In this document: positions 1 through 11,760 of the stretch, piece by piece
Numbering within the stretch: position 1 is the first letter of the stretch
How the letters are laid out: the number at the start of each line of letters is the position of its first letter
Assembly: GCF_004010195.1 (NCBI RefSeq)
Contig: NC_057718.1
Span: 79,602,514-79,666,513, forward strand
DNA length: 64,000 nt
Reading direction: 5' to 3'
Source of the DNA: Chiloscyllium plagiosum
Lineage: Eukaryota
Position numbers and translations under genes: made by a program
The notes under the pieces: generated by a model
The model's database searches: none
Told to the model about the DNA's origin: nothing
The model's input: only the letters and a program-made list of their open reading frames with translations

Positions 1-275
1 TGAGAGGGGAAAGATATAAAAGAGACCTAAGAGGCAACGTTTTCACGCAGAGGGTGGTAAGTGTATGGAATGAGCTGCCAGAGGATGTGGTGGAGGCTGG
101 TACAATTGCAACATTTAAGAGGAATTTGTATAGGTATATGAATAGGAAATTGTTTGGAAGGATTTGGGCTGGGTGCTGGCAGGTGGGACTAGATTGGGTT
201 GAGATATCTGGTCGGCATGAACGGGTTGGACCGAAGGGTCTGTTTCCATGATGTACATCTCTATGAATCTATGAC
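1..275 (+). mobile_element. CR1 LINE (HER1-like) 3' end
   Basis: ORF2 C-terminus 'VWNELPEDVVEAGTIATFKR', then 3'UTR ...GGACCGAAGGGTCTGTTTCC... and a (CTCTATGA)-type tail. Confidence 0.9.
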
Positions 276-878
276 ATTGGGGAGATGAAATGCAGACTGG
301 GTGTTTGCTTTGCAGAACATCTATCAGCAACATCTTCTGTCTGCAAAAATGACCCCAAGCTTCCAGTGGCCTGCCACTTCAACACATCACTGTGTTCCTA
401 TGTCAACATTTCTGTTGCAGGCCTGTCGCAGTATTCCAATGAATCGCAGCACAAGCTCAAAAAGCAACATTTTATTTTCCACTTGGGGACCCTGCAGCCT
501 CTAGGACTTAACATTGAGTTCAATAATGTTTGAGCCTGATTACATCCTTCCATATTTTTGACCCACTCCACACCCAATCCTGGTTGCTCTTAGCACAGTC
601 ACCCATTCTCACATACTCCTCAGCCCATTATTACATTATATGGGTTACATTCAATACAGCTCAACCACTGTCTCCTACTCTTAGCTCTGATTATCTCGTG
701 TTCAGCTTTTCTTCTGTCCTGGCCTGCTTTCCATAATTTCCTTGTCCACCTACTCTCTTTCTCTCTCTTGGCTGCCTCCATCTATTTGTTCACCTCTTCC
801 CTTCCTCTCCAATCCCTTCCTCAGCTTCAGCAAATATATCACTTTTTCCCAGCTGCTAACAATTCTGATGAAAAGTCA
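276..878 (+). mobile_element. Penelope-like element 3' part (GIY-YIG C-terminus + 3'UTR), continues at ~1633-1720 beyond a SINE
   Basis: 'FAEHL...LPVACHFN...QHFIFHLGTLQPLGLNIEFNN' is typical of the PLE endonuclease end; hammerhead half CTGATGAAAAGTCA at 865-878; tail resumes TCACCAGACTC...TCTGCTTTC at ~1633. Confidence 0.8.
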
Positions 879-974
879 GAATTAGGGTGGCACGGTGGCT
901 CAGTGGTTAGCACTGCTGCCTCACAATGCCAGCGACCCAAGTTCGATTCCAACCTCTTGCGACTGCGTGGAGTT

Positions 975-1377
975 GTTGTGGTTCTGTTTGCCGAGCTGGG
1001 AATTTGTGTTGCAGACGTTTCGTCCCCTGTCTAGGTGACATCCTCAGTGCTTGGGAACCTCCTGTGAAGCGCTTCTGTGATCTTTCCTCCGGCGTTTGTA
1101 GTGGTTTGAATCTGCCGCTTCCGGTTGTCAGTTCCAGCTGTCTGTTGCAGTGGTCAGCATGTTGGGTCCAGATCGATGTGCTTATTGATTGAATCTGTGG
1201 ATGAGTGCCATGCCTCTAGGAATTCCCTGGCTGTTCTCTGTTTGGCTTGTCCTATAATAGTAGTGTTGTCTCAGTCGAATTACAAGCAACATGAATTCGA
1301 CTGGGACCACACTATTATTATAGGACAAGCCAAACAGAGAACAGCCAGGGAATTCCTAGAGGCTTGGCCCTCATCCA
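975..1377 (-). mobile_element. Penelope-like element 3' fragment with fold-back 5' end and ~11-bp TSD
   Basis: 'HEFDWD..IIGQAKQRTAREFLEAW' GIY-YIG C-terminus on both strands; TSD TGCGTGGAGTT (964-974) / TGTGTGGAGTT (1378-1388). Confidence 0.85.
1011..1050 (-). ncRNA. Minimal type I hammerhead ribozyme in PLE tail
   Basis: Minus strand GCA-CUGAGGA-UGUCACCUAGACAGGGGAC-GAAA-CGUC-UGC: core intact, stem I GCA/UGC, palindromic ACGU stem III, GUC triplet. Confidence 0.8.
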
Positions 1378-1849
1378 TGTGTGGAGTTTGCACATTCTCC
1401 CGCTGTCTGCGTGGGTTTCCTCTATGTACTCTGGTTTCCTCCCATCGTCCAAAGATGTGCAGGTTAGGTGAATTGGCCATGCTAAATTGCCCATAGTGTT
1501 CAGGGATGTGTAGGTTAGTTGCAGAAGTCAGGGGAAATGTAGGGGAATGGGTCTCGGTGGGTTATACTTCGGAGGGTTGGTTTGGAATTATTGAGCCAAA
1601 TGGCCTGTTCCATACTGTAGGGGTTCAGTGAATCACCAGACTCACAATGTTATCTCTGCTTTCTTCCAACAGACGCTACTAAACCTGTTAAGTTTTTCCA
1701 TCAATTTCTGCTTTCATTTTGGCTCATTAATTATCTACCAAGCTGATACAGTCTGATTCTGGTCCATCTTGCCATCTGGTGCTCTCACACTCAGTCAGTA
1801 TCCTGGAAATCCATACAGGGAAAAATTGTCAATTTGGACCTGCCTTACA

Positions 1850-2480
1850 TGGATGCTGACATTTGTCTCAGACATAGCAGACAGTATCCCACTGTGGGCA
1901 TGAGCTTGGAGGTTCTGCTGGATTGGATACTGCCAACTCAGGACATCTTCCTCCACCATGATGAGCATGGAGGCAACAGCATCTGATCATGCCAGTCTGG
2001 TGCAAGGTTGCCACCTGTGTTAAAGCAGTCTATGCCAAGAGGAGGAATGCCCATCACTGTTGGAAAAATGTCAAAGTCCTCGCCATGTCACCAGGGCAAG
2101 CTTCACCATTTTCTCCCAGCTACCTCACTCTCTCTCTTTTCTCTGCTAATTTACCCTCATTCTACCATTCTCACAATTGCCTACAATATCACCTCACTGC
2201 CTGCACCAACAGAAATAGCTATGTCACCCACTTTCAATGCCTGCCTCTCTCAAACTGCAGGAGGAAAACAGTCTACAATAGGGCAGAAAGATTCAACAAG
2301 GGTGGTATATCATTCTCATTTCAACTCCTCATCCTTAGGAAGTGAGGATCCTGACTCTGACCACCCAAAACAGTGCCTGGACAGGTATCGGAGGCTGCTT
2401 TTGACATACTGTGCCTGGAATCCCTGAGTGAAGGCGATCCCCCTTGATTCAACTGAAGCCTGCTGATATCTATGACAAAG
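1850..2480 (+). pseudogene. Decayed PIF/Harbinger Myb/SANT accessory gene (two exons)
   Basis: 'LEVLLD...PVWCKVATCVKAVYAKRRNAHHCWKNVK' resembles the Myb/SANT motif W.EVA..V.A....R...QC.KK..DL; intron ~2096-2260 ending CTGCAG; next exon 'KTVYNRAERFNKGG'; homologous to 39560-40183. Confidence 0.6.
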
Positions 2481-3194
2481 TTCCTGGCTTTGTGTCTATG
2501 CGAGACAGCATGCCAATGTAGCAGTAACCTGGTATCTCTGGCTGAGGGGGTGAAAAGAGAAGGCAAATCAGTGCTGTGAGAATATACGTAGGCTCAGAGG
2601 GCTAAGTCAGCAGGCGAACAGGCTGGAGATCCAGTCTTGCCCAGTCCATGAGCTGCAAGGATATCGAGTGCACAGTATCCTTGCAGCAATGTTACAATGA
2701 TAATTGCCAATGCAATCTGAGGTGTCGTATTGAAGTACAGAAGCACCATGCAAGTAGTTCAGTGATGTATCATGAGGGTTCAAAAGTCTTCATGTGTCAG
2801 ATGACAACATCCATGGATGTGGGGTGCATGTGACTGGTGCCCATGGCGAGTGCCCTGTGATACAGTCCTTGGTTTCTAACATAGTGGTCATTCATAGAAA
2901 ACCATGAGCTGAATTTGCCAGGTGCTAGTTTTTATGCCAAGTTTTCCCAATATTGAGTCTGATTGGCAAGTTTGGTAAGATGGGAGACTGAATAATAGTT
3001 GGGCTGTTAACAAGGCAATTAACAATCAATAATCATTATGAAATGGCAACTTGCTACTGCCTAGTGACAATCTCACAGTGTCACTTATGAAAAGCATAAA
3101 AGTTGCTTCCACTGTCATGATGGGCTTCCCATCACTTGTTACCCAATTCTGCCATAGAGCTTGCTCAGATATCAAAAGATTCAGCTCTATGTGT

Positions 3195-3960
3195 TTCAGT
3201 AAGTTTCCCCTCATTCTCCTAAACTCCATCTAGTACAAGTCCAACCTGATGCTTTCCACAGACGCCGCCTGATCTGCTGAGTTTTTCCAGCAATTTCTGT
3301 TTTTGTTTTTGATTTCTAGCATCAGCACTTTTTAGTCTTTTTAAAAATGATAGTTATTTCTGTTATTCTTCCTGCCAAACTGCATAACCTCTCAATTTTC
3401 CACATTGTAGACTCTTAATGACATCCACACTACAACAGTACATTCACTCTGTCTTCCAAATTATTCTACTTATTGTAAATAACTGGGGCTCCAGCCCTGA
3501 TTTCTGTGGCACTCCACTAGTTCCAATTTTCCATCCTAAAAATGCCTCTTTTATCCTAATTTTCTGATTCCAATTAGTTAGTTAATCCTCTACCCAGCAC
3601 TATGTTGTTTTTATCTTATTAAACAGCCTAATGCGTAGTGCCTTGTTGAACACCTTTGGACATCCAAACAAATGATATCTGCTGATTCCCTTTTATCTAT
3701 TCTACATGGAACCTTCTCAGAAATTTGAACAAACATTTCAGGCATAATTCCATTCCATGCTGACTCTAAATGATTATATTATGTTTTTCTAAATCCTCGA
3801 CTATTACATCCTTTAAAGTAAATATTAACATTTGCCCATGACAGATGCTAAGCTAACTGGCCAAAGTCATCTGTTTTTTGTCTCCCTCCTTTTTTGAACA
3901 TTGACAGACTTCCAATCCTCTAGGACTTTTCCAGATTTTAAGGATTTTTGAAAGATTACT
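3195..3960 (-). mobile_element. Degraded CR1 fragments with a short + strand PLE tail at ~3250-3345
   Basis: Minus ORF 'MEFRRMRGNL'; RT-region CR1 remnants; CCACAGACGCCGCCTGATCTGCTGAGTTTTTCCAGCAATTTCTG PLE tail. Confidence 0.65.
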
Positions 3961-4039
3961 ACTCTCTCCCACCCTGTTTTACTTCTCTTTCTTTCTTTCA
4001 CTTACCTTTCATTTCATGACAATACCAAGCTGGTGATAG

Positions 4040-4396
4040 AAAATCTTACATGTATGTAGCAGCTAATTGTGCTCAGCAAGATCACACGGTAATTAATAAA
4101 TAACCAGCTATTTGCTTTATCATGATATTAGTTGAGGGATTGGTATTGATCAAGCTATCAGGAAGACCACTGCAGCTCCTTTTCCAAAACTGGTGTCATG
4201 GAATATTTGATAAACACCTGAGAGGACAAACAAGACTGCAGTTTAGCAGTTTATCTAAAAGACAGAATCTCTGACAGTGCAGCACACTTTTAATACAGTA
4301 CTTGAGTATCAGCCTAGATCTTGTACTGAATCTTTGGAGTGGAAAACCACAAATTCTGATCAAAAGCAAGATTTCAGGTACCAAACCACCACTGAA
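4040..4396 (-). mobile_element. Deu-domain SINE (SacSINE1-like)
   Basis: TCTGACAGTGCAGCAC...TCAGCCTAGAT...GGAGTGG motifs; reverse-complement similarity to 4790-5185. Confidence 0.6.
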
Positions 4397-4789
4397 ATCA
4401 TGGTTATCCTAGGACCATGGAAGTCAATGTGTGCCAGCAATGGCTCCCTCACCTTTTTATAGAGTATAGGGAATTATTATGGAGATGACAGCAGTGCCTG
4501 AAGAAAACATTGCTTGTTATTCCAGGTGAATCAAGTGAACATAATCAGTTGTTTTAATGAAGAAGCCATGATGAAGATAGATCTCCATCCTATCTCGATA
4601 ATGTTTTGCTCTCCATTTCTCTTTCTTTCCTGAGATTATACATTTAAACTTTGATTTATTTCCACAATTGCTCATTGAAATGACCATTTTTAATGCATAA
4701 ACCTAGGCACTGAGTGTTTGTAACTGGGGAGAGACTACACAATAAAACTCAAATCTTTCCCTAGTTAATATCTAAATATACACACGTCC

Positions 4790-5185
4790 AGCAGCATTCT
4801 CATTATTGAATCATAGGTTGTGGGTTCAAGTCCCACTCCTGAGACTTGAATGTAAATCAAGGCTGATATTCTAATGCAATGCTAAGGGAGTCCTGCATGT
4901 TTTGGAAGGGATGAAATGATAAATTGATGCCCCCTCTGTCTTATCATGTGGATGTAAAAGAACCTGTGACACTACTTTACAAGAGAACAGAGAATTGCTG
5001 GCCAATGCTTAATCCTCAAACGTGACTAAAACAGATAATTTAATCACTAACTCATTATTGCATGCAAATTCCCTGTGCCTTTTCCTGTTACAATAGTGAC
5101 AATACTTTAAAAGTACTTCACTGGTTGTAACAGTCTTTGAATTAGGTCCTTAAACAATTAAATAAATGTAAGTTGTTCCTTTTTT
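4790..5185 (+). mobile_element. Deu-domain SINE (SacSINE1-like)
   Basis: tRNA-like head GGTTGTGGGTTCAAGTCCCACTCC, central GTGGATGTAAAAGA..., tail ACTTTAAAAGTACTTCACTGGTTGTAA...ATAAATGTAAGT. Confidence 0.7.
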
Positions 5186-5249
5186 CTTCCAGCAGGAGTC
5201 ATAAACAATTTTTTGCTGACTTCTGAATTTCCATCTTTAGGCTCAAGTT

Positions 5250-5611
5250 TTATTTTGTTTCAAAAACACTTTATTCATAATAAATATCTTTGCATATATA
5301 TATATATATATATATATAAGCTCAGTTCTGTAGAGTGGAATATCAAGGGAGCAAACAAACATTGGAGTTTGACTCTCCAAACAAACCAAAGACATGTATT
5401 ACAGATTCAAGACTATATTTACTTGCATTTGAGGAACTAGGATGGTCTGATAACTGGACGGACCCCATTTACCTTCAGCTGAAAGACCTCAGACAGTGGT
5501 CTTTCCCCCCTGCACCTTGGTGGCAGCTGCCCCAAACTTCAATGTAGTTCCCTCACCACATATTCCTGGACCTTGGAATGTGCAAGTCCATGACACTCAG
5601 TTGAAGTCAAC
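5250..5611 (-). mobile_element. L1/Tx1-type LINE 3' end with perfect 16-bp TSD
   Basis: Minus strand 'LTSTECHGLAHSKVQEYV...KFGAAATKVQGGKTTV*' (frameshifted), AATAAA and A-rich tail; TCTTTAGGCTCAAGTT at 5234-5249 and 5612-5627; internal (AT)n at ~5293-5318. Confidence 0.8.
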
Positions 5612-5811
5612 TCTTTAGGCTCAAGTTCTAGAAATTATTGTAACCCATACTCATCTGGTGCACCCATTTTCTATGCCTTGTTGCATTTATTGTCTAATTG
5701 GACTCGCAGAAACTAAAATTGAATGAGTGTTCAAAATTACCCATTGAATCATAATTTATCTCCCTTTTTAGCTTGAACATGGTAGTTCAGAGACGAGATA
5801 TCCCTGGACTG

Positions 5812-6090
5812 CATAGAATCATAGAACAATACAGCTCGAAAGTCCATTGTACTTGTATAACTCTTTTGCAACGATATCCAATTATTTTCTATTCTTCCAA
5901 CCTTTGCCCACAGCCCTATACACTTTTTTAAAATTTCTCCTCAAGTATTTATCCAATTCCTTTCAAAGGTTACTACTCAATTTGTTTTGACAGCTCTCCT
6001 AGACATTCCGGATCTCAACTGGCTGTGTAAAAAATAGTCTTCTTGCTTGTCTGTTGCTCTTTTGAGAATCACCTTAAATCTATATATGGT
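5812..6090 (-). mobile_element. Old CR1 3' end
   Basis: CATAGAATCATAGAA tail followed by degraded CR1 3' sequence. Confidence 0.55.
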
Positions 6091-6779
6091 TCAGTAATAT
6101 AAAAGGGAGTGCACTTTGCACAATGTTATTTGAAAGTTGATGTATAAGTAGTTTCACAGATATGCCAGAATGGGCACACATTATAAAATGTTAATACTGG
6201 AACATCTGCTTATTTTCTGCCCACCATTTCCCATAGAAAGAATAATATGAATATTACTACTGGCTGAATAGATAATGCTGACTCAGATTCAGAAAATCCT
6301 TCCCACCACATTTAACACTTACTGTCAGTTAGTCCTTAGTGACTGCTATTGCATGGATAACTGCAAATACATTTAATTCATCCTGCATGTTGCCTTTCAG
6401 GGTGAAGGAGAGAAAAATTCCTGTGATCTGTTTTTGGCTGTAAACCTCTAACCATTTGGCAGCAGATGGAATGTGTTTGTGCGTTAAACATTAAAAATGC
6501 ACAATAGAGGAGATGTTTTATGCTTCATTAGAAAATTATGTTGAGAAGATTATGTTCAGTTGGGAATTGGTATAATAAGTTTAAAGTGGAAAGTAGTGTA
6601 CACCATTGCTCTGTTGTGCTTGAACCAGAATTATGTTTTGACCTTGTGTTGAAAGATATGTAATATATATTGTATTTTTGAATTTGTTTTTCAAAATAGA
6701 GGCAGATGGATGTGGGGCAATTCCGTAGCGGTATTTTGGCTTTAAACAGGGCTGGAGATCATTTGAGCTAAGTTTGTTT

Positions 6780-7122
6780 CTTTTTTTATTCATTCACAGG
6801 ATGAGGGTGTCACTGGTCAAGCAGCATGTATTGCCCATCCCTAATTGCCCAGAGGGCAGTTAATAGTCAACCACATTGTTTTCGGTCTGGAGTCACATGT
6901 TGGCCAGACTGGGTAGGGATGGCAGTATCATTCCCTAAAGGGCATTAGTGAACAAGATGGGATTTTCCAACAATCAACAATGGATTCACAGTCGTCATTA
7001 GACTCTTAATTCCAGACTTTTAAAAATCTGCTATGGTGGGATTTAAACCTGAGTCCCCAGAGCATTATCTGGGTCACTGGATTAACAGCCCAGCGATAAT
7101 ACCACAAGACCATTATCTCCCT
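6780..7122 (-). mobile_element. tRNA-derived SINE family B (tail shared with the second LINE family)
   Basis: Poly-T end, ATTGCCCATCCCTAATTGCCC, GTCAACCACATTG..TCTGGAGTCACATGT, B-box-like GGGATTTAAACC; related copies at ~10940 and ~54857. Confidence 0.8.
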
Positions 7123-7178
7123 GATAGTTTCTTGGTTCCAAGAAAAAATATGATTACTGTCAGGTATCTTGGTGAACT

Positions 7179-8740
7179 CATAAGAACATAAAAACTAGGA
7201 GCAGGAGTAGGCCATCTGGCCCTTCAACCCTGCTCTGCCATTCAATAAGATCATGGCTGACTTTTTTGTAGCCTCAGCTCCACTTACCCTCCCTCTCAAT
7301 GTAATCCTTAATTGCTTTACTGTTCAAAAAATTATCTTTCTTAGCTTTAAAAATATTTACTGAGGAAGCCTCAACCACTTCACTGGGCATGGAATGATAC
7401 AGAATCACAACCCTCTGAGTGGAGGGGTTCCTTCTCAAGTCAGTCCTGAATCGGCTCCCCATAATTTTGAGGTATGCCCTGTACTCCGAGTTTCACTCGC
7501 TAGTGGAAACATCCTCTCTGCTTCTATCTTATTTATTCCCTTCATAATTTTGTATGTTTCTATGAGATACCCTCTCATTCTTCTAAACTCCAATGAATAT
7601 AATCCTAGAGTTCTCAGTCTCTCCTCATAGGCCAACCCCATCAACTCTGGAATCAACCTAGTGAACCTCCTCTGCACCCCCTCTAGTGTCAGTACATCCT
7701 TTCTCAAGTAAGGAGACCATAACTGCACTCAGTACTCCAGATGTGGCCTTACAAGTACTGTATACAACTAGATAGTGGCTCAGTGGTTAGTACTGCTGCC
7801 TCACAGCACCAGGGACCTGGGTTCAATCCCCACCTCGGGTGACTGTCTGTGTGGGGTTTGCACATTCTCCCCATGTCTGTGTGGGTTTCCTCTGGGTTCT
7901 CTGCTTTCCTCTCACAATCCAAAAGATGTACAGGCCAGGTGAAGTGGCCATGCTAAATTGCCCATGGTGTTAGATGCATTAGTCAGGGGTAAATATAGGG
8001 TGGGTGAATGGGTCTGGGTGGGTTGCTCTTCAGAGCGTCGGTGTGGACATGTTGGGCCAAAGAGGCTGTTTCCATACTGTAGGGAATCTACTCTAAAAAC
8101 ATAACCTGCTTTTAAACTCAATCCCTTTAGCAATGAAAGACAAATTCCATTTGCCTTCTTAATTACCTGTTGCACCTACCAAGCAACCTTCTGTGATTCA
8201 TGCACAAGGATACTCAGGTCCCTCTGCACAGCAGCATGCTACAATTTCTTATCATTCAAGTAATAGTCTTTCTTACTGTTATTTGCACCAAAATGGATGA
8301 CTTCAGATTTATTAACATTTTACTCCATCTGGCAGACCTTTACCCACCAACTTAAACTATGTCCCTTTGCACACTATGCTCTACTACTCAGTTTAGTGTC
8401 ATCCGCAAACTTTGACACATTAAACGTGGTCCCCAACTCTAAAACATCTATGTAAATTGTGAATAATTACAGTCCCAACACTGATCCCTGAGACACATCA
8501 CTTGTTACTGATTGCACTTTGCTTCCTGTTGGTTAACCAATCCTGTATCCATGCTAATACATTACCCATAATGCCTTGCATCTTTATCTTATGCAGCCGC
8601 CTTTTGTGCGACATCTTGTTGAATGTCTTTTGGAAATCTAGATACACCACATCTACTGGGTCACCGTTGTCCACCGTATTTATAATGTCTTCATAGAATT
8701 CCAAAAGATTAGTCAAGCATGACCTGCCCTTCATAAACTC
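7179..8740 (-). mobile_element. CR1 LINE 3' part (RT), interrupted by an HE1 SINE
   Basis: 'FMKGRSCLTNLLEFYE..PVDVVYLDFQK', 'WSPYLRKDVLTLEGVQRRFTRLIP'; CATAAGAACATA tail. Confidence 0.9.
7773..8096 (+). mobile_element. HE1/V-type SINE
   Basis: A box TGGCTCAGTGG, B box GGTTCAATCCC, V-domain, CR1-like tail. Confidence 0.9.
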
Positions 8741-8744
8741 CTTA

Positions 8745-9425
8745 GTGATCATGGAATTATGGTCATCAGGCAAGGTAAATACATAAAGGAAATTAGCTTA
8801 GCTTTAACCTCAGAACAGAACCTTCAAAGTTTTAGCTCAGAAGAATCCAGAGTCTTGCTCACAAGGTAAAACAGTTTCTCATAGCAGGGGGTTAAGTCAT
8901 TTCAGGAGAATGTATTTTCAGTAAAAGTGGCTTCTGGTTGAAAGAATTCGCAAGCCAGGAGAGTTTGGATAGAAATTTTCATGTTGTTAGATTGGAGAAA
9001 TTAGGCCATCAGAATTACAAATGGTTCATGGCAGCACACTCTGAAAAGAATCTTAAAATTGTCTTTGTACTTCAAGATAAAGAAACTGATAAAATTCAAT
9101 TAAGTAAAGACATTTAAAAAGGTGGAATATGAGTGATTTTTTTTTGGATTGAGTCTCTGTAATGGATAATGTTGGGAAATAGATGGAAAATTTGATGTTT
9201 GTGTTTAGAACCTTCAAACTGTCTTTTCTAAATACAGCTTTGTTTTCTCTTCTTATTTTGTGTAATAAACTTAATGTTCTTTGTTAAAGAACACCTGTAG
9301 CCTTGTGAATATGTTTTGAACACCCACATTGACCAACTGAAAAAATTCAACATACGATGTATCAAGCTGAGTTTCATTTTGGAATCTGACTTGTCTAGTA
9401 TTACCATCGGCTAGGTTCATTGAAG
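8745..9425 (+). mobile_element. Degraded LTR-like fragment
   Basis: T-rich stretch then TGTGTAATAAAC; 3' part resembles 31900-32040; termini not resolved. Confidence 0.35.
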
Positions 9426-9989
9426 TAGATGATGCAATGATGATCTAATTGAATGATATATCAGAGATAGTCAAGGTTGTTTACAGCTTATACGTCACAG
9501 AGAGGGCCACAGGTGCAGAATGATAAAGGTACTGATGTAAACTGTTTCAATTTACCAACATTTTTGTGGTCTGAGTAAAATCAGTGTTCATTACATGTAG
9601 CTAGCAATCCAAACTAACCTTGAGCCTCAACAGCAGGGAATTACCTGATGCCAAATGTTATCCAACAGAAGCAAACTCCAAATTTCTCACATCAAATAAT
9701 CTCCTTATTTGTTACAACTATTTACAAGAACATGATTTAGTTTTATCACCAAGCATAACAGTTGTGATCATACAAGCTTCTCTATGTCTTTCTGTCAAAG
9801 TGTCTAAGTCACAGTATAACATCAAACAGGCTAAATCTCTGTCAACATTATTGTACAAAATTGAAGGATTGATGGGGATCTCATGGAGCGCTTACTGGAC
9901 TTATCCACTATCCAAACTATTTGAGTTGGAAAATACTGTAAGTGTTACAGGTGGGAGCAGGAAATCACAAAGGAGAGATTGTTTAGTGA

Positions 9990-10300
9990 CTTGTGAATAT
10001 TATGGAAGATCATCCAGTTTATTTCAGGAAACACAAATTGGAAGAATTTTTAAGGGAAGATATACTGACATTGGAGGGCAGATTCACTAAATTGATATCC
10101 ATTTTGAAGCTAAATTATATTGATTGGTTGCCTAAACCTGGTTTATGTTTCCTTGATGTTAGAAGGTTTGGTCTTACTGATGTTTTTACAATGGTTGGAT
10201 AAACTAAACACAGAAAAGCTATTTCCTCTGACAGGGGAATCTAGAACAAGGAACTCTGGAACTAAAATTTAAATAAGATTTAATCATGCTACTGAAAAAA
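9990..10300 (+). mobile_element. Old CR1 fragment
   Basis: 'FLREDILTLEG.RFTKLI', 'LFPLTGESRTR'. Confidence 0.6.
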
Positions 10301-10384
10301 ATGCACATGTATTTCTTGCTATCTGATCTTTTCCATAATGGAGATGTGAAACTTAGCGTTAACTGCCCTGCTAAGGGCTGCTTT

Positions 10385-10546
10385 CTCAAGAAAAAAAACG
10401 CAGATGCTGGAATCCAATGTAGACAGGCACGAGGCTGGAAGAACACAGCAAGCCAGGCAGCATCAGGAGATAGAAAAGTTGACGTTTCGAGTGTAACCCT
10501 TCTGGTTACACCTTAATCGTTGCTTTCTCTACCTCCTGATGCAGCC
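10385..10546 (-). mobile_element. Short PLE tail with fold-back across the hammerhead
   Basis: GCAGATGCTGGAATCC...GGCAGCATCAGGAG...GACGTTTCGAGTGTAACCCTTC; inverted arms 10456-10498 / 10504-10546. Confidence 0.75.
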
Positions 10547-10939
10547 GGGGTGGGGGCTGCTTTCAAAGTCAGCTTTTGGGCAAGACTAACACCAATTAAA
10601 GTCAACCTTAACTTCCTAAGACCAGTTTGCGCCTCTGACCGTCGTATTCTAACTTCAGCAGATCATTAACTGGTTGGGAAGCACTTTCAGAGCAGGAAGG
10701 AATGGTAACTAATGGTACTGCAGACCAGAAAAAGAGCTGCTGGAATCACAGGCATAGTGCTGCAAGCCACAGTGCAGAAGGCAAAAACGATCAGGTCTAT
10801 TCATAGTAGACTGGGAAACCCTCCACAGAAAGACACTCCAAAGGCAGTGGATGCACAGTCAGGATGTCAGTGCCAGAAGTCTGACACTGATGTCCTGGAT
10901 ACGTTCCCAGGAAAAGTGAATTGATTTTGCACAGGTGAA

Positions 10940-11165
10940 AAGGTGATGAAATGATAATATTGCATTAGTAATACAGAGGTCTGGGATAATTCTCTGATGA
11001 CATGCATCCAAATCCCTTGGATTTTATGTTAGTTTAATAAATGTTGTGAAAGTAAGTGTGTCTGGGGAACTACCATCAATTGTTGTAAAGTCCATCTGGC
11101 TCATTAGTGCCTTTTAAGGAAGAACATCTGCCACCCTTATCTGGATTGGCCTACATGTGACTTGG
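10940..11165 (+). mobile_element. SINE family B, degraded
   Basis: CCATCTGGCTCATTAGTGCCTTTTAAGGAAG..ATCTGCC..GGCCTACATGTGAC matches the reverse complement of ~6890-6960. Confidence 0.6.
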
Positions 11166-11169
11166 TCCC

Positions 11170-11760
11170 CTCTGCTTTTAAATTTTGTCCCCGGTTTTAA
11201 AATAACACTTTACCTGCATCTACCCTGGTTACCCCTTTAAGTATTTCAAATGTTTTAATGAGAGCACATCTTATTTTTCAAAACTCTAAGAAATAGAGAC
11301 TCAGTTTCCACAGTCGGACCATGCCACAGTCTTGCCATTGCGGGACCAAGTCTGATGAATGGCCTATGGCAATAATATCTTTCCTATATAAGGAGACCAA
11401 AATTGCACATGGTATGCCAACTACAATCTAATCAAGCCTCTATACAATTGAATCAAGACTTCACTACTCCTGTACTCAAATCCTCTTGCAATAAAGACTA
11501 ACAGTCCATTAATCTTCCGAATAGACTGCTGCACCTAGATTATTGACCAGGACACCAAAGTCCTTTTGTATATCTACCCCTTCCAACCTCTCACTATTTA
11601 AGAAATTTCCTGCCATTCTGTTCCTCCTACCAAACTGGATAGATAACCTAATCTTTTTCCACATTACATCCCATCTGCTATGTCCTTGGCTAACCACTGA
11701 GCCTGTACAAATCCTCCTGAGAATATTTTACATTTTCTTCACAATGCACCAGTTGTAAGT
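11170..11760 (-). mobile_element. Degraded CR1 fragment
   Basis: 'FGRRNRMAGNFLNSERLEGVDIQKDFGVLV' and AGGAGACCAAAATTGCAC. Confidence 0.65.

Larger units (their letters stand above)
885..1630 (+). mobile_element. HE1/V-type tRNA SINE, split by a PLE insertion (975-1377)
   Basis: A box TGGCTCAGTGG, B box GTTCGATTCC, V-domain GTGGAGTTTGCACATTCTCC, GGTGAATTGGCCATGCTAAATTGCC, CR1-like tail. Confidence 0.9.

Noticed and set aside
885..960. tRNA-like A/B boxes (also at 7773, 14306, 24247 and 40191)
   Set aside because: SINE heads continuing into V-domain and LINE tail; no complete cloverleaf
9620..10090. 156-aa ORF
   Set aside because: Non-ATG start, no recognisable domain, 3' end overlaps a CR1 fragment
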